A stretch of 64,000 nt of DNA from Eledone cirrhosa. Its lineage: Eukaryota. Where the stretch lies: positions 150,784,001 to 150,848,000 of the forward strand of contig OZ024740.1 in assembly GCA_964016885.1 (NCBI GenBank), in the 5' to 3' direction. Below are positions 25,575 through 39,448 of this stretch, in pieces (position 1 is the first letter of the stretch; the number at the start of each line of letters is the position of its first letter). Below the pieces are notes generated by a model, which saw only the letters and a program-made list of their open reading frames with translations, was not told the origin of the DNA and did not search any database. Position numbers and translations under genes: made by a program.

Positions 25575-25777
25575 ACACACACACACATATATATGTAGGT
25601 ATGTGTGTATCAATATGTATAACGTATATACATATATTCAGATTTGTCCTTTGTCAAAGAAATTATTGTCTTTGAAAGGGCGAACATGCGTGTGCAGGTT
25701 AGTAGTACATATAGCCACGGCATAATGAAACAGTCGACTCCATCTTTCTCTCTCTCTCTCTCACTCTCTCTGTGTCC

Positions 25778-25853
<76 letters not shown>

Positions 25854-26204
25854 GGGGGGGGGGGTATCTTATTGAATAACTATAAAGAGTGAAATATTAA
25901 GCTTTTTTAAAAATAAAGGCAACAATAGGAAATATATATTGAACAGAAGTTGTAGTCAGAAAGACAATATGCTTTATAGTAACAATTCCCTGTACACCTT
26001 CACTACATTACCACTCCATCACTCCTTTACACGAGCTAGGTTTTAATTTATTTCCTGTTCTTTGATTATTTGTTAGAGTGGAGCTCACTTTTGTCTTGGC
26101 CACGACATAATGGGACGGTCGTTGTAGTGTGAGCTCTGACTTCCCCTCTGTGTGTATATATATATATATATATATAGGCATACATACATACACATTCACA
26201 GAAG

Positions 26205-26279
<75 letters not shown>

Positions 26280-26377
26280 GTACACATATATATATATATA
26301 TATATATAGGCATACATACATACACATTCACAGAAGCACACACACACACGCACGCACACACATATATATATATATAC

Positions 26378-26454
<77 letters not shown>

Positions 26455-26456
<2 letters not shown>

Positions 26457-26642
26457 AACCAGTAAGACCCCGACAGCTGAGCTCAAGCCGTTTCGACGGC
26501 TAATTCTGAATTAGCCGTCGAAACGGCTTGAGCTCAGCTGTCGGGGTCTTACTGGTTCCTATTACCCACTCTACTACCTCAAGTATTGAGTACTTTGGTG
26601 CGTTATGGTCCACCTGGTTCCTTACCACATTTCCTTCGTTAT
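26455..26642 (+). mobile_element. Short (TA)n-inserted element with a terminal perfect palindrome; inverted twin at 30601-30801
   Basis: 26455-26560 is palindromic about 'aattc-t-gaatt'; carries the 3' half of a hammerhead, GAAAC-GGC..GCU-GUC-GGGGUC. Confidence 0.85.
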
Positions 26643-27342
26643 ATATATATATATATATGCGTAACGCACACATATATATGCATACACGCACGCACACATA
26701 TATATCCTTCATTTGGTTTTGAACTCCCCATTGGTTATAAGAGGCGCCAGGGTGTCGTATATTTACCTTGATGGAGCACACAAATCTCCATGTCTTCACT
26801 CAGTGAATTCGCGATGGCCCCCTGGGCCATACGTATGATATGGGACGTGACATCAAGCATTTATCTGCTACTGTTGTTTCCCCTCTAAACTATATGTGTG
26901 CGAGCTTGTATGAATACGCTTATATACATATACATTATTGACAGTGCTTAATGGTGTGGTGCGCATTTATGCATATACACATTTTTACGCCTACACACAC
27001 ACGCCTAGCAAATCAACCCTTATCACTCCTTACGCTGGTCAATATGCATGCTCGCAGATGAACAATAATACATAAGCAATAGCCCTCCTGACAACAGTTA
27101 TGATCTGACATGCACCACAATTTTCATACTTTCACAACTTTGTACAAACAGGTTTTGATTTTGATTCCTGGTGCTTTTATATGCAAGAAACTTAATTTCA
27201 TGTGGCTTCAGACCATCCAGTTGAAAACAATGAGTTGTACATGTAATTCAAGAAAACCAGCTTTGTCCGACACTGTTGAATCACCGTAAGAATTACGATA
27301 TGGGTACACTACAAATGACGTTATGGAAAACACTTGCATGTT

Positions 27343-27633
27343 ATGTGAATTTCGTATATCTAAAGATATACGGTATGTTTAATAAATAAACATTTTGAAA
27401 GCCCAGCTATGAATATTGAAAGGCTGACGGTCAGCGCCGTCTAGCGGATTCCTGCAGAAGCAGTGAGGAACAAATGTCTATGCGCATTTCGAGCTACTGG
27501 CTCTCATTAGAACAGTGCTTCCCTGCTCGCTGCTGGAACTTGAAAATATAATATTTTCAATATTCATATCTGGGCTTCCAAAATAGTTATTTAGTAAACA
27601 TACTTTATATCTTTAGATTTACAAAATTCACAT
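27343..27633. mobile_element. Fold-back element (~80-bp arms) with a hammerhead in the spacer
   Basis: Arms 27343-27421 / 27555-27633; minus strand 27475-27514 reads UGUU-CUAAUGA-GAGC-CAGUA-GCUC-GAAAU-GCGC-AUA-GACA (G5A core change). Confidence 0.75.
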
Positions 27634-28305
27634 ACATATTTGTATACAGCTATGCCGAAGCTAAATTTTAATTTTACTTCCATGTTAATTTCACGAGCAG
27701 TCTGTTTCGTTAATCAAACCCTCGGAACACTCATTGTTAGAACTGACGGTGGTCCAACAGAAAATATGATTATTATGGTGTATATTGGTTGTATAAAGTG
27801 ACTCTAATGGCAATGGTGTTGTGGAAAACTTTGGTTGCTAACTTAATGTTGGTGCTGTTGTTATCATTGCTTTTGACATTGTTATATATAGTGATAGTGA
27901 TTCTTATATATGTTAGTTACATTTAGTTAACATTTCTCTGAATTCTATATATATTTTTGTACTACACTTCTACATGTAGGTGGATGTTTTTTTTGCAAGT
28001 GAATGTATATGTGCATGTTTCAATGTGTCAGTGTACACATTGCGTGTATACCAGTGTGTTGTGTGTGTTAGTGTTCACATTTGTAAGTATACAAGTGTGT
28101 TACGTTTCGGAATTGTTTACATGTGGTTTGAAGACAATTCAATATTGCCACTGTTACTAATTAATTCAGACGTCGCAGCGTTTAACTAATAACTTGTTTC
28201 CTAGTTGCTTTAATTACGTATGACATAGTTCCACATTCTTTCTGCATCTACAATCGCATTTCCTCTCTTTCTTATTGTAGTTAATCTGATTTTACTACTT
28301 ACAAT

Positions 28306-28455
28306 TTCTTCTTCTTCTTCTTCTTCTTCTTCTTCTTCTTCTTCTTCTTCTTCTTCTTCTTCTTCTTCTTCTTCTTCTTCTTCTTCTTCTTCTTCTTCTT
28401 CTTCTTCTTCTTCTTCTTCTTCTTCTTCTTCTTCTTCTTCTTCTTCTTCTTCTTG
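28306..28455. repeat. (TTC)n microsatellite
   Basis: Directly visible. Confidence 0.95.
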
Positions 28456-29833
28456 TAAAGTTTGGAGTTCGTTTCATAGCACCGGTATTATATTGTGATC
28501 CTTCAAACAGTCCATTGAGTTGTAAATAAGAGCCTCGAATACAGCGAGTATTCTAACAGACAAATAAATCGAAACATTGCAGAATAAGAGCAAAAGTACA
28601 ACACAAGACATATATCAGGCGCTACATCTACTAGACATTTGATTTTAAGAATCAAATACACACTAATTATATAATATGCGAACATAGTATCGAAACCCTC
28701 ATTAAACAGAATATAAATTGCATTTCGCCAAACTAGAAACAGTATATTGTTGTTTTCTTTTTTAAACATTCAAATTAAAAACAACTGCTTAATTAATAAC
28801 AAAGAAAAATACGTAAATCTGCTTTCAAACTACAACTGATCAATGTAATTTATAGATTTTATTGCAAACTGAAACTTGTAAAATTCATGGTAAACTTCAT
28901 TTATTGGTCATACTTGTACGACACTCCAACTAATTACCCATTCACTTACAAGGTGCAATTTCAATACAGTAACCACGCAACACTAAACCTGACTAGATAG
29001 AAAACACTTAGTAGATAGTACATGTAAGGCAGCAGTTATCAACCCATGGTCCACTTAGAGATTCTCAGATGTAGTACTGTGGGATACAGGTGTCTGTATA
29101 ATGATCAGCCACTTAATCATTAATTTCCTGAGCAGAGGTTTTCCGTTGATCAAACAAATGTAATAATCCTAGTCAAAGCTGATAGAGACCCATTCCACTC
29201 ACATACTTCTTTTTTTAAGATGGTGCCATGTACGACTGCTATTTCTAGTTGGTTTATTGTGATCATTTCTATTATTGCGACTGTTAAAACTTTTCTCAAT
29301 TGATCAATCAGAAATCGGAAAAATAATTTAAAAAGTAAATATTTTCAGTACACAAAAATACAAAATTATTTAGATTGAAATTATGATATCCTCTGTTGTA
29401 ATGTGTAAGTAAATGTATGTGTGTCAGTTTGTGCGTATTCGTGCTTGTGTAGGAGGATGAGTATGTTTCAGTACGTGTGCGCTGCGCCAGTGTGTGTACA
29501 TGGGTGCATGGTTACGTATGTTAGTGTGTGCGTCTGAATATGAGTATGTCTGTACTTGTGTGTTTATTATTGCGTCTGTAGGTGTATTCGTGTGTTTCAG
29601 TGTGTGTATATTTATGTCTCTGTGTATGTTTGCGAGTTTGTATTTGTGTGTATGTATGTATGTATATAGACTGTGGGAAATGAGTTGTTTGATCGTCAGC
29701 TGTCTGAAAACTATAGCCACAGGGTAGGTTTATACAAACTAAAGTGTTGGTCATAGAACACAACTGAAACACAACTGTGTGATTGCTAGAGACCAATGCT
29801 TCTTTTTTTAACACACAGACTCTCTCTCTCTCT

Positions 29834-29901
<68 letters not shown>

Positions 29902-29954
29902 CTCTCTCTCTCCCTCTCTCTCTCACACACACACATACGCGCGCGCGTATATAT

Positions 29955-29993
<39 letters not shown>

Positions 29994-30038
29994 TTCAAAA
30001 TATTAATAAATATAGACATTCGTGTGATCAAATATATA

Positions 30039-30106
30039 TTATTATATATATTTCAGTGGTACTGTGCTGTTTCCTCAGTACGTCCTCATCAGATAAAATG
30101 AATTGA
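30039..30106 (-). ncRNA. Type I hammerhead
   Basis: UUAU-CUGAUGA-GG..GUACUG/CAGUAC..CU-GAAA-UAUAUA-UA-AUAA; same architecture as 45147 and 46356. Confidence 0.65.
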
Positions 30107-30192
30107 TGTCTGACATACCTCAACTGTGCTGATGGTTCAATTCCAGTCTTGGAATATATATATATATTTATATATATATTTATATATATATT

Positions 30193-30291
<99 letters not shown>

Positions 30292-30408
30292 GTCCGACTC
30301 TTCATGATCTCCCCACTCTCTCTCCATATATATATATATATACAATACATAAACAGAGAAAGACTTAAGCGATATATACACACATATATATATATATGTG
30401 TGTGTGTG

Positions 30409-30463
<55 letters not shown>

Positions 30464-30478
30464 ATACGTATACTATAC

Positions 30479-30522
<44 letters not shown>

Positions 30523-30556
30523 GGGTCCCGACTCTTGATAATCTCCTCCTCTCTCT

Positions 30557-30600
<44 letters not shown>

Positions 30601-30604
<4 letters not shown>

Positions 30605-30801
30605 CGAAGGAAATGTGGTAAGGAACCAGGTGGACCATAACGCACCAAAGTACTCAATACTTGAGGTAGTAGAGTGGGTAATAGGAACCAGTAAGACCCC
30701 GACAGCTGAGCTCAAGCCGTTTCGACGGCTAATTCTGGACTGAGTCCAGAATTAGCCGTCGAAACGGCTTGAGCTCAGCTGTCGGGGTCTTACTGGTTCC
30801 T
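30601..30801 (-). mobile_element. Inverted twin of the 26455-26642 element
   Basis: Near-identical reverse complement; its palindrome centre is longer (tctggactgagtccaga). Confidence 0.85.
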
Positions 30802-30816
30802 ATATATATATATATA

Positions 30817-30882
<66 letters not shown>

Positions 30883-31485
30883 TAACTGTATAAATACCGA
30901 GTGTGTAACCGAGACTGCACCACCGTGTATAGATATATACACATATCTAGTATGTAGACTTGAAAAAATGCCAGGAAATACGGATCTCCCTGTAAATTGA
31001 AAAATGATAAACATCATTTTCGTATCTAAATATACCCTCACCAGAAAACGTATATATCATCCAATCAACCACAAACATGTTTTTGATGGGTGTATATACC
31101 CATTCGTTCTTAGTATTATTCCGCAATGGACTTACTAATTTGCATATAATTAGCACTCGTTTTGCTAATTAATTAAGATTGACAGGATGAAGTTTGCTAG
31201 TAGCCGAATTGTATGACCAAGTTTAATCTGTATGAATACAGAGTTTTTAATCATATTTATACACGTCTTATTATCTATCTATCTTGATAGAGTGAGACAC
31301 GCTTCACACCGGCTCTGCTATTCTATCGGAATTTACCCTTACTATAGTAAGTACCAGTGAATTTTTTCAGTGCAACACATTTGGAACACTTACCCCTGTT
31401 ATTTAGGGAAACATTTTTACATTGACCCCCTTTTTAGGGGGTAAAATAAATAACTATTTTTCTGTAAAACTTCTTTCTTGGACGC

Positions 31486-33141
31486 ATGGCGGGAAAGATG
31501 GCAGACATGTCTGCCATTAGCTCTGCCACGCCGCTCAAGTCTGAAGAACAAAAAATGGATACAACAAAACTAGACAACGAAACAAACAAGGAAAATGAAA
31601 AAACAAATGTTACGGAAAATGAGCAAACGGAAATCAAACAAACAGAAAATAACAATACAAAAAACAACAAGGCAACTTTCGCCCAAAACAACAAAAAAAT
31701 CTATAATATATACACCTATTGACTTGACTGCCGCCAGAGAAAAACTGGCAGAAGCAAAAAAGCACATAGTCTTGGGGGAGAACGGAATGTTTTCCATTAA
31801 CCCCCCCCCCCCCAGAATTCAAGAAAACTAGACTAGAAAACACTGTTCTGTTTAGAACAATTCTAAACCACACGAGAAAGCCAGCACAGCCCAGCCAAAT
31901 GGAGATAGAGTTGGTCCTAAAAGACTATATGAAGAATATTCTCTTCATACGAAAGGACCGACTCTATGGCAGCATTTCTGTTTTAACAAAAGACAAGGAA
32001 ACAGCACAGAGGCTTTCCCTAAGCCCACTCTCAACAACAGAATACAGTTTCTATCCCTCCTACATGGGTAGAAGAACTCAGAGAGTCAAAATACAGACAA
32101 TGCTGCCCACAATGGACTTCTGGTGGGCTATTGCTGGCTTCAGAGACATGGGCGAGGACACAGTGCTGTCAATGGGGAAGGCATCTGGAGATGCGTTCCT
32201 GGGAATGGGCCTCGACCTACTAGTCCAAATGAGGCCCGAAAGAATAGCGCAAAGCCCGGATCGCATCTGGGTGGATGACCTCACCCCAATATATATAATT
32301 GTAGAGGGAGAAGACCAGCATGCTATTCATGCATGGAAAGGGGACACGTTAAGGCTAACTGCCCGAATCGTATCCCCCAAAAAGGACTATTGCCCACACC
32401 CACCACAAACAGTACACCAACACCACCCACCTCCAAAAATACACTAATACCACACACAGCAAACAAAATACAGACACCACCAGCCACAAGCACAACACAA
32501 ACATCACCACCACCAGCACCAAACACAAGCACGACACAAAAATCACCACCACCATCACCAACCACAACACAAACATCACCACCACCACCATCACCAACCA
32601 CAAGCACGACACAAACATCACCACCACCACCACCACCACAAAACACATTCCAAACTAATAATAAAAAAACAGCAATAAATCTACCCCTCCCGCAAAAAAA
32701 AACAACCAGACACCACGTCCCTCCCACCTAGCGCTGAAGAGTTTCCCCCAACTTCTGAAGAAGAAGGAGGAGAAGCCTTCAGACAAGTTAAAAGAAAAAA
32801 AACGAAAGCACACACCCAGCACACCACAACAACAAATAACCCACACACAAACACCAACTCCAATCAAAAACACCCCACCCTCGACAAACAAAAATAAATC
32901 TGCGCCTCCCCTCTTCGAAACATTGACAGCATCACAAAAAAAGACTTTGCAATACACATATATAAATAAAGAAAACAAAAAACTGTTTAAATTAATAAAC
33001 AATAGCCCTTTGGTGCAGACCGAAGGGCCAAACTTTATCTCAACAGAGAACTTCACCCATTTAAAAATGATAAAGGTCCCTCTGGAACTTTATCGTTCCT
33101 TAAAAGAACAATTTAAACAGGACGTGAGCCCCCCTGTTTAA
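31486..33141 (+). pseudogene. LINE ORF1 (gag-like), frameshifted
   Basis: Starts MAGKMADMS; zinc knuckle CYSCMERGHVKANC (32321-32362, CX2CX4HX4C); Pro/Thr-rich tandem repeats at 32470-32640; several frameshifts and stops. Confidence 0.75.
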
Positions 33142-33317
33142 AACCGTTAAATCGCGTCCTCTTGAAAGATTTCCCCATAACCTCCCCTCTCCCTGACACA
33201 ACTCCAAATACCCCAACCCCACCACGCACGGATACCCACGCACCACCACAAAACATCCCTCCACCCAACACAACCCGGAGAGGTAGGTGCTTTTCTTGCT
33301 TCACTTTCAACACCAAA

Positions 33318-36300
33318 ATAGATCAATTGAGAGTTGGCTGTTTGAATGCGCGTGGCCTGGGCTCAGCTTGGAAGCAAGCAAAGCTTCTAAGTGACCTCAG
33401 GTCACGAAGTATAGATGTGATGGTTGTTTGCGAGAGTCAGATCAGCAGCGTGCGACAGCTGGCTCCCGCCCTTGATGACTTTGAGATGCACGCATCTCTC
33501 TGTCAACCCGGAGGCGGGGGTGGGCTTGCCGTACTGCTGGATAAACGTCTGGCTCTCGACGTACATATTGTTCACTCGGACCCGGGGGGTCGATTACTGG
33601 TGCTGGACGTCGGAGGCGGTGAAGGCGGGGCTTTCAGACTGGTCGGTCTTTATGCCCCCTTCGGGGCTGAAAGAGCCGACTTCTTCCAGCGTCTGGAGAC
33701 TTTTCTAGGAACGTCGCCTTCCCTGCTTTTAGTGGGGGACTGCAATGGAATCCTAGATGCGCGTTGGGACTATGCAGGGGCATGTCCCGATAGAGGGGGG
33801 TGTAGCAGCCTCAAGGGGTTACTCCATCGATTCGACCTGGTCGATAGATTTCGACTAGATTTTCTAACTGTGCCAACCTGGACCTGGGCAAACCGCAGTG
33901 GTCAATCTAGATCGTACCTAGATAGGATTTTGGTTAGGAGTAAGGATAGGGACGTATTTAGTTGTCCAGAATTGCTCATGGTTGGCTATTCAGATCACAA
34001 ATTAGTGACCTGCGTGGTCAACCTTGATAGAACGCATAGACAGGGTCCCGGTTACTGGAAGATGAACTTGTCCTTGCCGGCAAAGGAAGCTTACAGGAAC
34101 CGGATTAGTAGCTTAGTTAAGATGCGGTTGACGGGAGCGATCGTCAACAGCAGGTGGTGGGTATCTCTAAAGAGAGAGATTAAAGTAAGTTCGATAGGTT
34201 ACAGTAAGGAACTAGCGGCGAATAGAAATAGGAGGTAAAGGGAGTTAACAGATAAACTAGAAGAGGCGATTAGGAGCGGGGACGTGGCCAGAGTGTTAGC
34301 GTCGAGAACGGCGTTGAGCTAGTTCTTTGATGCGAAGCACGAAGGCTGCGTTGTCCGAAGTAAAATACGTGCTTTAGGAAACGAGGGGACCAAAGCTGTT
34401 AGCTGGGCCCGCGTGACAGAAGCCAAGAGTGGGATTAAATCCACCATTCGGTCTTTGCGAGACCAGGATGGACGGGTGATCCTTGAACCTGAGCGGATGT
34501 GCGAGGCCTTTCAAAGGCACTTTGCTCGACTGTTCGGAGGGGGCGGGGGGCCGGACGGGGATGTGGACTTCGGTCCATACCTCGACGGTCTACCGCGTCT
34601 TTCGAGCGGCGAAGCGGAGTGCTGCGAAAGGCCAATCACAGCCACTGAAATCGGTGAAGTTTTCAGCCAATGCAGCAAACGCAAATCTCCGGGTCTCGAT
34701 GGTCTACCATACGAACTTTATTTAGCTATGCCGGTCTTGTTCTCCAAACTCCTCGAGGCTGTCTATTGAAACTGGCAACAGAACGGGAGAATTCCCTGTT
34801 CTGTGACTAAGGGCGTAGTCACGCTAGTGATGAAGGACGAGAGCAAGGGGGACTCTTAAGTAACTTTAGGCCCATAACTCTGCTGAATGCAGAGTTACAG
34901 ATTTTGGCCAAGGTGTTGGCGAAGAGGTTGGCGCTTGTGGTGGGTGGTTTGGTGGGAGACGGGCAGACATGCGCTATCCCGTCCAGATCTATTCACGACA
35001 ACCTCCACCTCATGCGATACATCGTAGAGAGGGTTGGGAACGAACCCGGCTTTGGTGGGGCCCTGATCAACTTGGATCAATCTAAGGCGTTCGATAGGGT
35101 CGACCATGGTTACCTAGATGCGGTGCTAGCGGCGGCGGGCTTCGGACCCGTTTTCAGGGGCTGGATTTCTGCCATGCACAGTGGCAACGTCTGTTCTAGG
35201 GTTAAAGTAAACGGCTACCTCTCGGAGCCGTTTCAATTCACCCGGTCCATCAGGAAGGGGAGCCTCCTCTCCTCCCTTCTGTACGTATTGGCTCTCGAGC
35301 CACTGCTGCGGAAGTTGGAGTTGCTGCGGGGCAAACCCATGGAACCGGGATTGCACAAAGAGGTCTCGGCCTATGCCGACGACGTAACAGTAATGGTGGC
35401 GGACGCCTCGGAAATCGGGGCGATCGCCACCCTACTGGAGGAATACGAAAGGCTGACGGGGGCTAGACTGAACCGGGACAAGTCAGTCGGTTTGCAACTC
35501 GGAACGTGGAGGGGCAAACCGATGCCGTTAGACGGTGTCGTCGGGCTGTGGACGGAGGGCCCGGTGAAGCTGCTCGGGGTCTGGTTCGGACCGGACCTCC
35601 AGGTGGAGAAGAATTGGGGCGAGGTGACGAGCAGGGTGTTTGCGCTGACCCAGAAGTGGGCCAAGTGCAAACTATCACTGAAAGGTCGGGCGGAGGTGAC
35701 GAACGCTTACATAGCGTCGGTCATCTACTACCGCCTGACCGTCGTGCCTTGCCCCAAGGAAACGCTCACCATCATGGAGCGCATGCTCTTCCAGTTCCTC
35801 TGGAAGAAGCGGCCTCCCATGGTGAGGAGATCCATCTGCTGCCAGCACCCTTCGAAAGGAGGGCTGGGTATGCCGTAGCTGTTGATGCGTAGGCACGCAT
35901 TGAGGCTACGGCATCTACAGGTATTCCTCACCGGTCAGCCGGTGTGGGCCCCGTTTGTGAGGCGAGCCTTCCCACAGCTCATCTCACTCACCGAGCTGCA
36001 ATCCTGGGTGAAGCAAAGACCGAGAAAACTGGGCAACTGGCACACCGAGTCTGCCCAGGCGCTCACGGCTCTCTGGCAAGCGGACCCGACTATCAGTGGA
36101 GAATCCACCTCGATATTCTATAGAGGGCTGGTGGCTAGCAGGAGCGACGACACCCTTGGAGAGTCGCTAGGCATGGAGGAGGACGAACTGGCCAGCCTGT
36201 TCGGTAGAACTTTCGGCCCGGGACCCATGGACAACTTCCAGAGGTCCCTAGCCTGGCAGTGCTACCGGGGGGCTCTGCCCGTTCGAGAAAAGCTCTACAG

Positions 36301-36754
36301 ACACGGGCGCCCGGGAAGGGATCCCGCGAAAAAGATCTGTCCCAGATGCGTGCGCAACGAGGAAACCGTTTCGCACGCACTAGTACACTACCCGGGCGTT
36401 GCCGATCTGTGGGGCTACGTCGAACGACTGCTGTCGCGTGTGGCACCGATTCGATTGGCCGCCGAGTCTGTGGTGAACATCAAGCCGCCTCCTCCCTTCA
36501 GAAATGAAGCAGAGGCGGTCTTTCTGTGCGTAATAGCCATGATGAAAGAGGTTGTGTGGTGGACGCGCCTGAAAGGTCTGAGGTCGGGTGACTTTCTCTC
36601 CGGCCAACACCTGGTTTACTTCTTCCGATACCACTTTGGAAGAAGGATCAGGATTGAGAGAGAAGTGCTTGGCTCCAGACAATTTTATGAAAGGTGGGTG
36701 AAAGAAGCGAGAATGGCTCGTGTAAATGGGCCTTCTCTCTACATTGTTCTGTAG
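33318..36754 (+). pseudogene. LINE ORF2 (AP endonuclease, reverse transcriptase, C-terminal Zn finger), disrupted
   Basis: CLNARGL, LVGDCN, YLDRI, SDH (endonuclease); KSPGLDG, DQSKAFD, AYADD, GGLG (RT); CPRC..EETVSH; in-frame stops near 34238, 34320, 34769, 34859 and 35878; likely start codon mutated to ATA at 33318. Confidence 0.92.
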
Positions 36755-37031
36755 GTGAAGAAGTGAAGAGGAAAGGGGGAGCGCCTCCTCTCTGGGCTTC
36801 CCCCGCGAAAAGGGTTGCACACATTTTGGGGGTATGTGCAATCCCAAACACACCCCCTCCCTTTTGAGGACTTTTTATTATTATTTTATTCTTATCGTTA
36901 TGCCTTTTTCTTTACTCGCATTTATGTAACCCCCCCCCCTGTGTATTTGTCCCTTTCTCTTGTGCCCTAGTGGCAAATAAAGAAATATATCTATCGCTAC
37001 ACACACGCCCGCGCGCACACACACACACGCC

Positions 37032-37113
<82 letters not shown>

Positions 37114-37179
37114 CCATTTATGTTATATTGTTTACCAATGGGTGGAAATGGTTAGTGACCGGCCGTCTGTTGTTTTTAA

Positions 37180-37230
<51 letters not shown>

Positions 37231-37329
37231 ATCTATATCTATATATATTTACACACACACACACATGCACACACACACACACACACACACACAACCACAC
37301 CCATATACATATAGTAATAATAATAAATG

Positions 37330-38000
37330 TGAAGACTAAAATCCAACGAGGGCTCGATAAATATATATCAAATATATAAGAACCCTAGACTTAGTAAAAG
37401 GATTTCAGATAGAATTATACCGACATTAGAAGCTTGGCACCTCTTGCACTGTGGAATAATTCTTTTGGGGTGATTGATTGGTTCAATGGCATATGCAACA
37501 CGGAACATTGCCGTTTTATCCAATTCGACATCAATAACTACTACTCCCTCAGCACATTACCACCTCTTCTTAGAGCTATGAATTTTGCTAAAACGCTCAC
37601 GGTGCTTAAGGATTTCGAAGCTGAAGACATCCTCAGTGCCCGTCAGTCGGGGATTAATTTCGACGACTCTATTTGGATAAAAAAAATCTGATAGTACCCC
37701 TTCGACGTGAGTATGGGCGACCGCGATTCGGTGGAGGTTACAGATCTTATCGGCCTTTTCCTTCTTTTCTCTATTAAGGAAGAATTCTCTAATGTGGGCG
37801 GTGGTTTGTACCGTGATGACGGTCTTTTGACCATGACAAAATGTGGTCCCCGCGCTTGCGACAGGTTTAGAAAAGAACTCACAGCCTTCTTTAAAGGCTT
37901 CAACCTCTCCATACAAGCTGAGGCCAACCTTTCGGTCGTAAACTACCTCGACATTACCCTCAATTTGAGGAATTACTCGCTGAAATCCTGGAAATAATCT
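37330..38000 (+). pseudogene. Penelope-like element RT fragment
   Basis: LWNNSFGVIDWF, FIQFDINNYY, FDVSMGDRDSVEVTDLIGL, GLYRDDGL, VNYLDITLNL; same lineage as 21300-22355. Confidence 0.85.
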
Positions 38001-38614
38001 ACGCTAATGATCAGATCTTAAACAAAAAATCTGAGGTAAACACAAATTGCATAAAACTTTCCTGTATTACAGCCCCACATTATACCTTAACGGATAGTAC
38101 GAACAATACGCGGATAATTTAGGTCTTGATGTGGTAGCTAAGTATATTTTATGTTTATGCCATTACTTGTTTGTATAGGTAAGTATATCTTACCCGTATG
38201 TTTTGTGGAGGTACGTATACTTTCTCGTACGTTTATATGCTTGTATTTGTTATAGTTGTGTATATTATATATACTGGTATGCGTATATGCATATTTCGTG
38301 TTTGTGCGTATGCGTTCGGTCAAGTAAACCTTAGGCGGTATCTGACTGTTCCTTCCAGTAACCAACCTACCTGCCATCCGGACTGCCATTCACAACCTTC
38401 TACTTTGACCGCTGGCCACGTGATAGTTCTTACCCATTTTGAATTCATTTCTGGCGGCGATCACTATAGAAATTTTAGTCCTAACTTGAGGGGTCTCTTG
38501 AGAAGCTCGAAACCTCATGGATAATACCAGGATTGGACATATCCACAAAGTATGAGGGAAACTATCGATAGTCGTGAGTAGAAGATTTTGGTAAAGTTTA
38601 TATACATTTTTTTT

Positions 38615-39310
38615 TCACACTTAGACTTAGCTCCGTTTAATTGATTATTTGTCTAGTTAATTTCTACGAGCTAAGAGGAAAGAGTAGGTAAATTTTATCT
38701 GATAGTTCCTCGCGGGCATAGTCTGTGTCATTTATCTGTTATTTCTTCGAAGTTACATTTTAAACTTACCTCCGTTTAAATGATTATTTATCTAGTTAAT
38801 TTCTACGGACTTAGGAGAGGAAAATTGGATAAATTTTATCTGACTGTTCAAACTTACAATTATATATATATATATATTTATTAAAATAGCAGATTAGCGT
38901 TTAAGCAAAGAATCGCTGCTTTCACCCTTAACGGGATCTTCTGAAACTAACAAAGTCAAGCTGTGAACGCAGAAGTGAATATTTAAAAAAACGTTGCAAC
39001 GGAGGAAGACAGGAAGACGATACTTTGGTTCGTGGAAACGTTCCCTGGCAAAGAACGGGAAAAAACGAATATAATACGTCATTATTAGGAGCGGTGAAAA
39101 ACAATTACACGCAAAGACAAAACCACGTTTATGGTATAAAAGAAGTCGTAGACTAATATTCCCTTAGGTGGTTCATAGAGACGTTCTCTAGCAATGAACG
39201 GAAAAACCGAAGATAATACGTCATATGTGGAGCGTGGAAAACAATTGCACGCAAAGACAAAACCACGTAAATGGTATAACTGAAGTCGTAGACTAAAATT
39301 CTAACTAGGA
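38615..39310. repeat. Two tandem duplications (38625-38710 / 38765-38850 and 39040-39160 / 39185-39305)
   Basis: Visible imperfect direct repeats downstream of the PLE fragment. Confidence 0.7.
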
Positions 39311-39448
39311 AACCGAATGATTCTCGGCTTCAGAGTTAAGAATAAAGTAAATAAATTACAGAGGTAACAGAAATTAAATAAATACATATATATATATATA
39401 TTAATGAAAAAGAACAAAGGAACTATTATGACATTATAACAAGTTTAT

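Larger units (their letters stand above)
31290..36990 (+). mobile_element. Near full-length, inactivated Tx1/L1-clade LINE
   Basis: ORF1 with CCHC knuckle, ORF2 with EN-RT-Zn finger, 3' UTR with aataaa at ~36975; possible short TSD 'tatctatc' at both flanks; 5' boundary approximate. Confidence 0.9.

Noticed and set aside
30288-30560. Repeated 40-bp motif as the missing 5' half of the split hammerhead family
   Set aside because: Stem I pairing with GGGGUC leaves a core one nucleotide short; not convincing
33424-36853. Alternative-frame and antisense ORFs within the LINE
   Set aside because: Expected by-product of GC-rich ORF2 sequence; no recognisable domains
38915-38950. Hammerhead-like CAGAAGA-U-CCC..GGG-U-GAAAG on the minus strand; similar remnant at 43965-43995 (+)
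   Set aside because: Core mutated and stems I/III not recoverable; too degenerate to call
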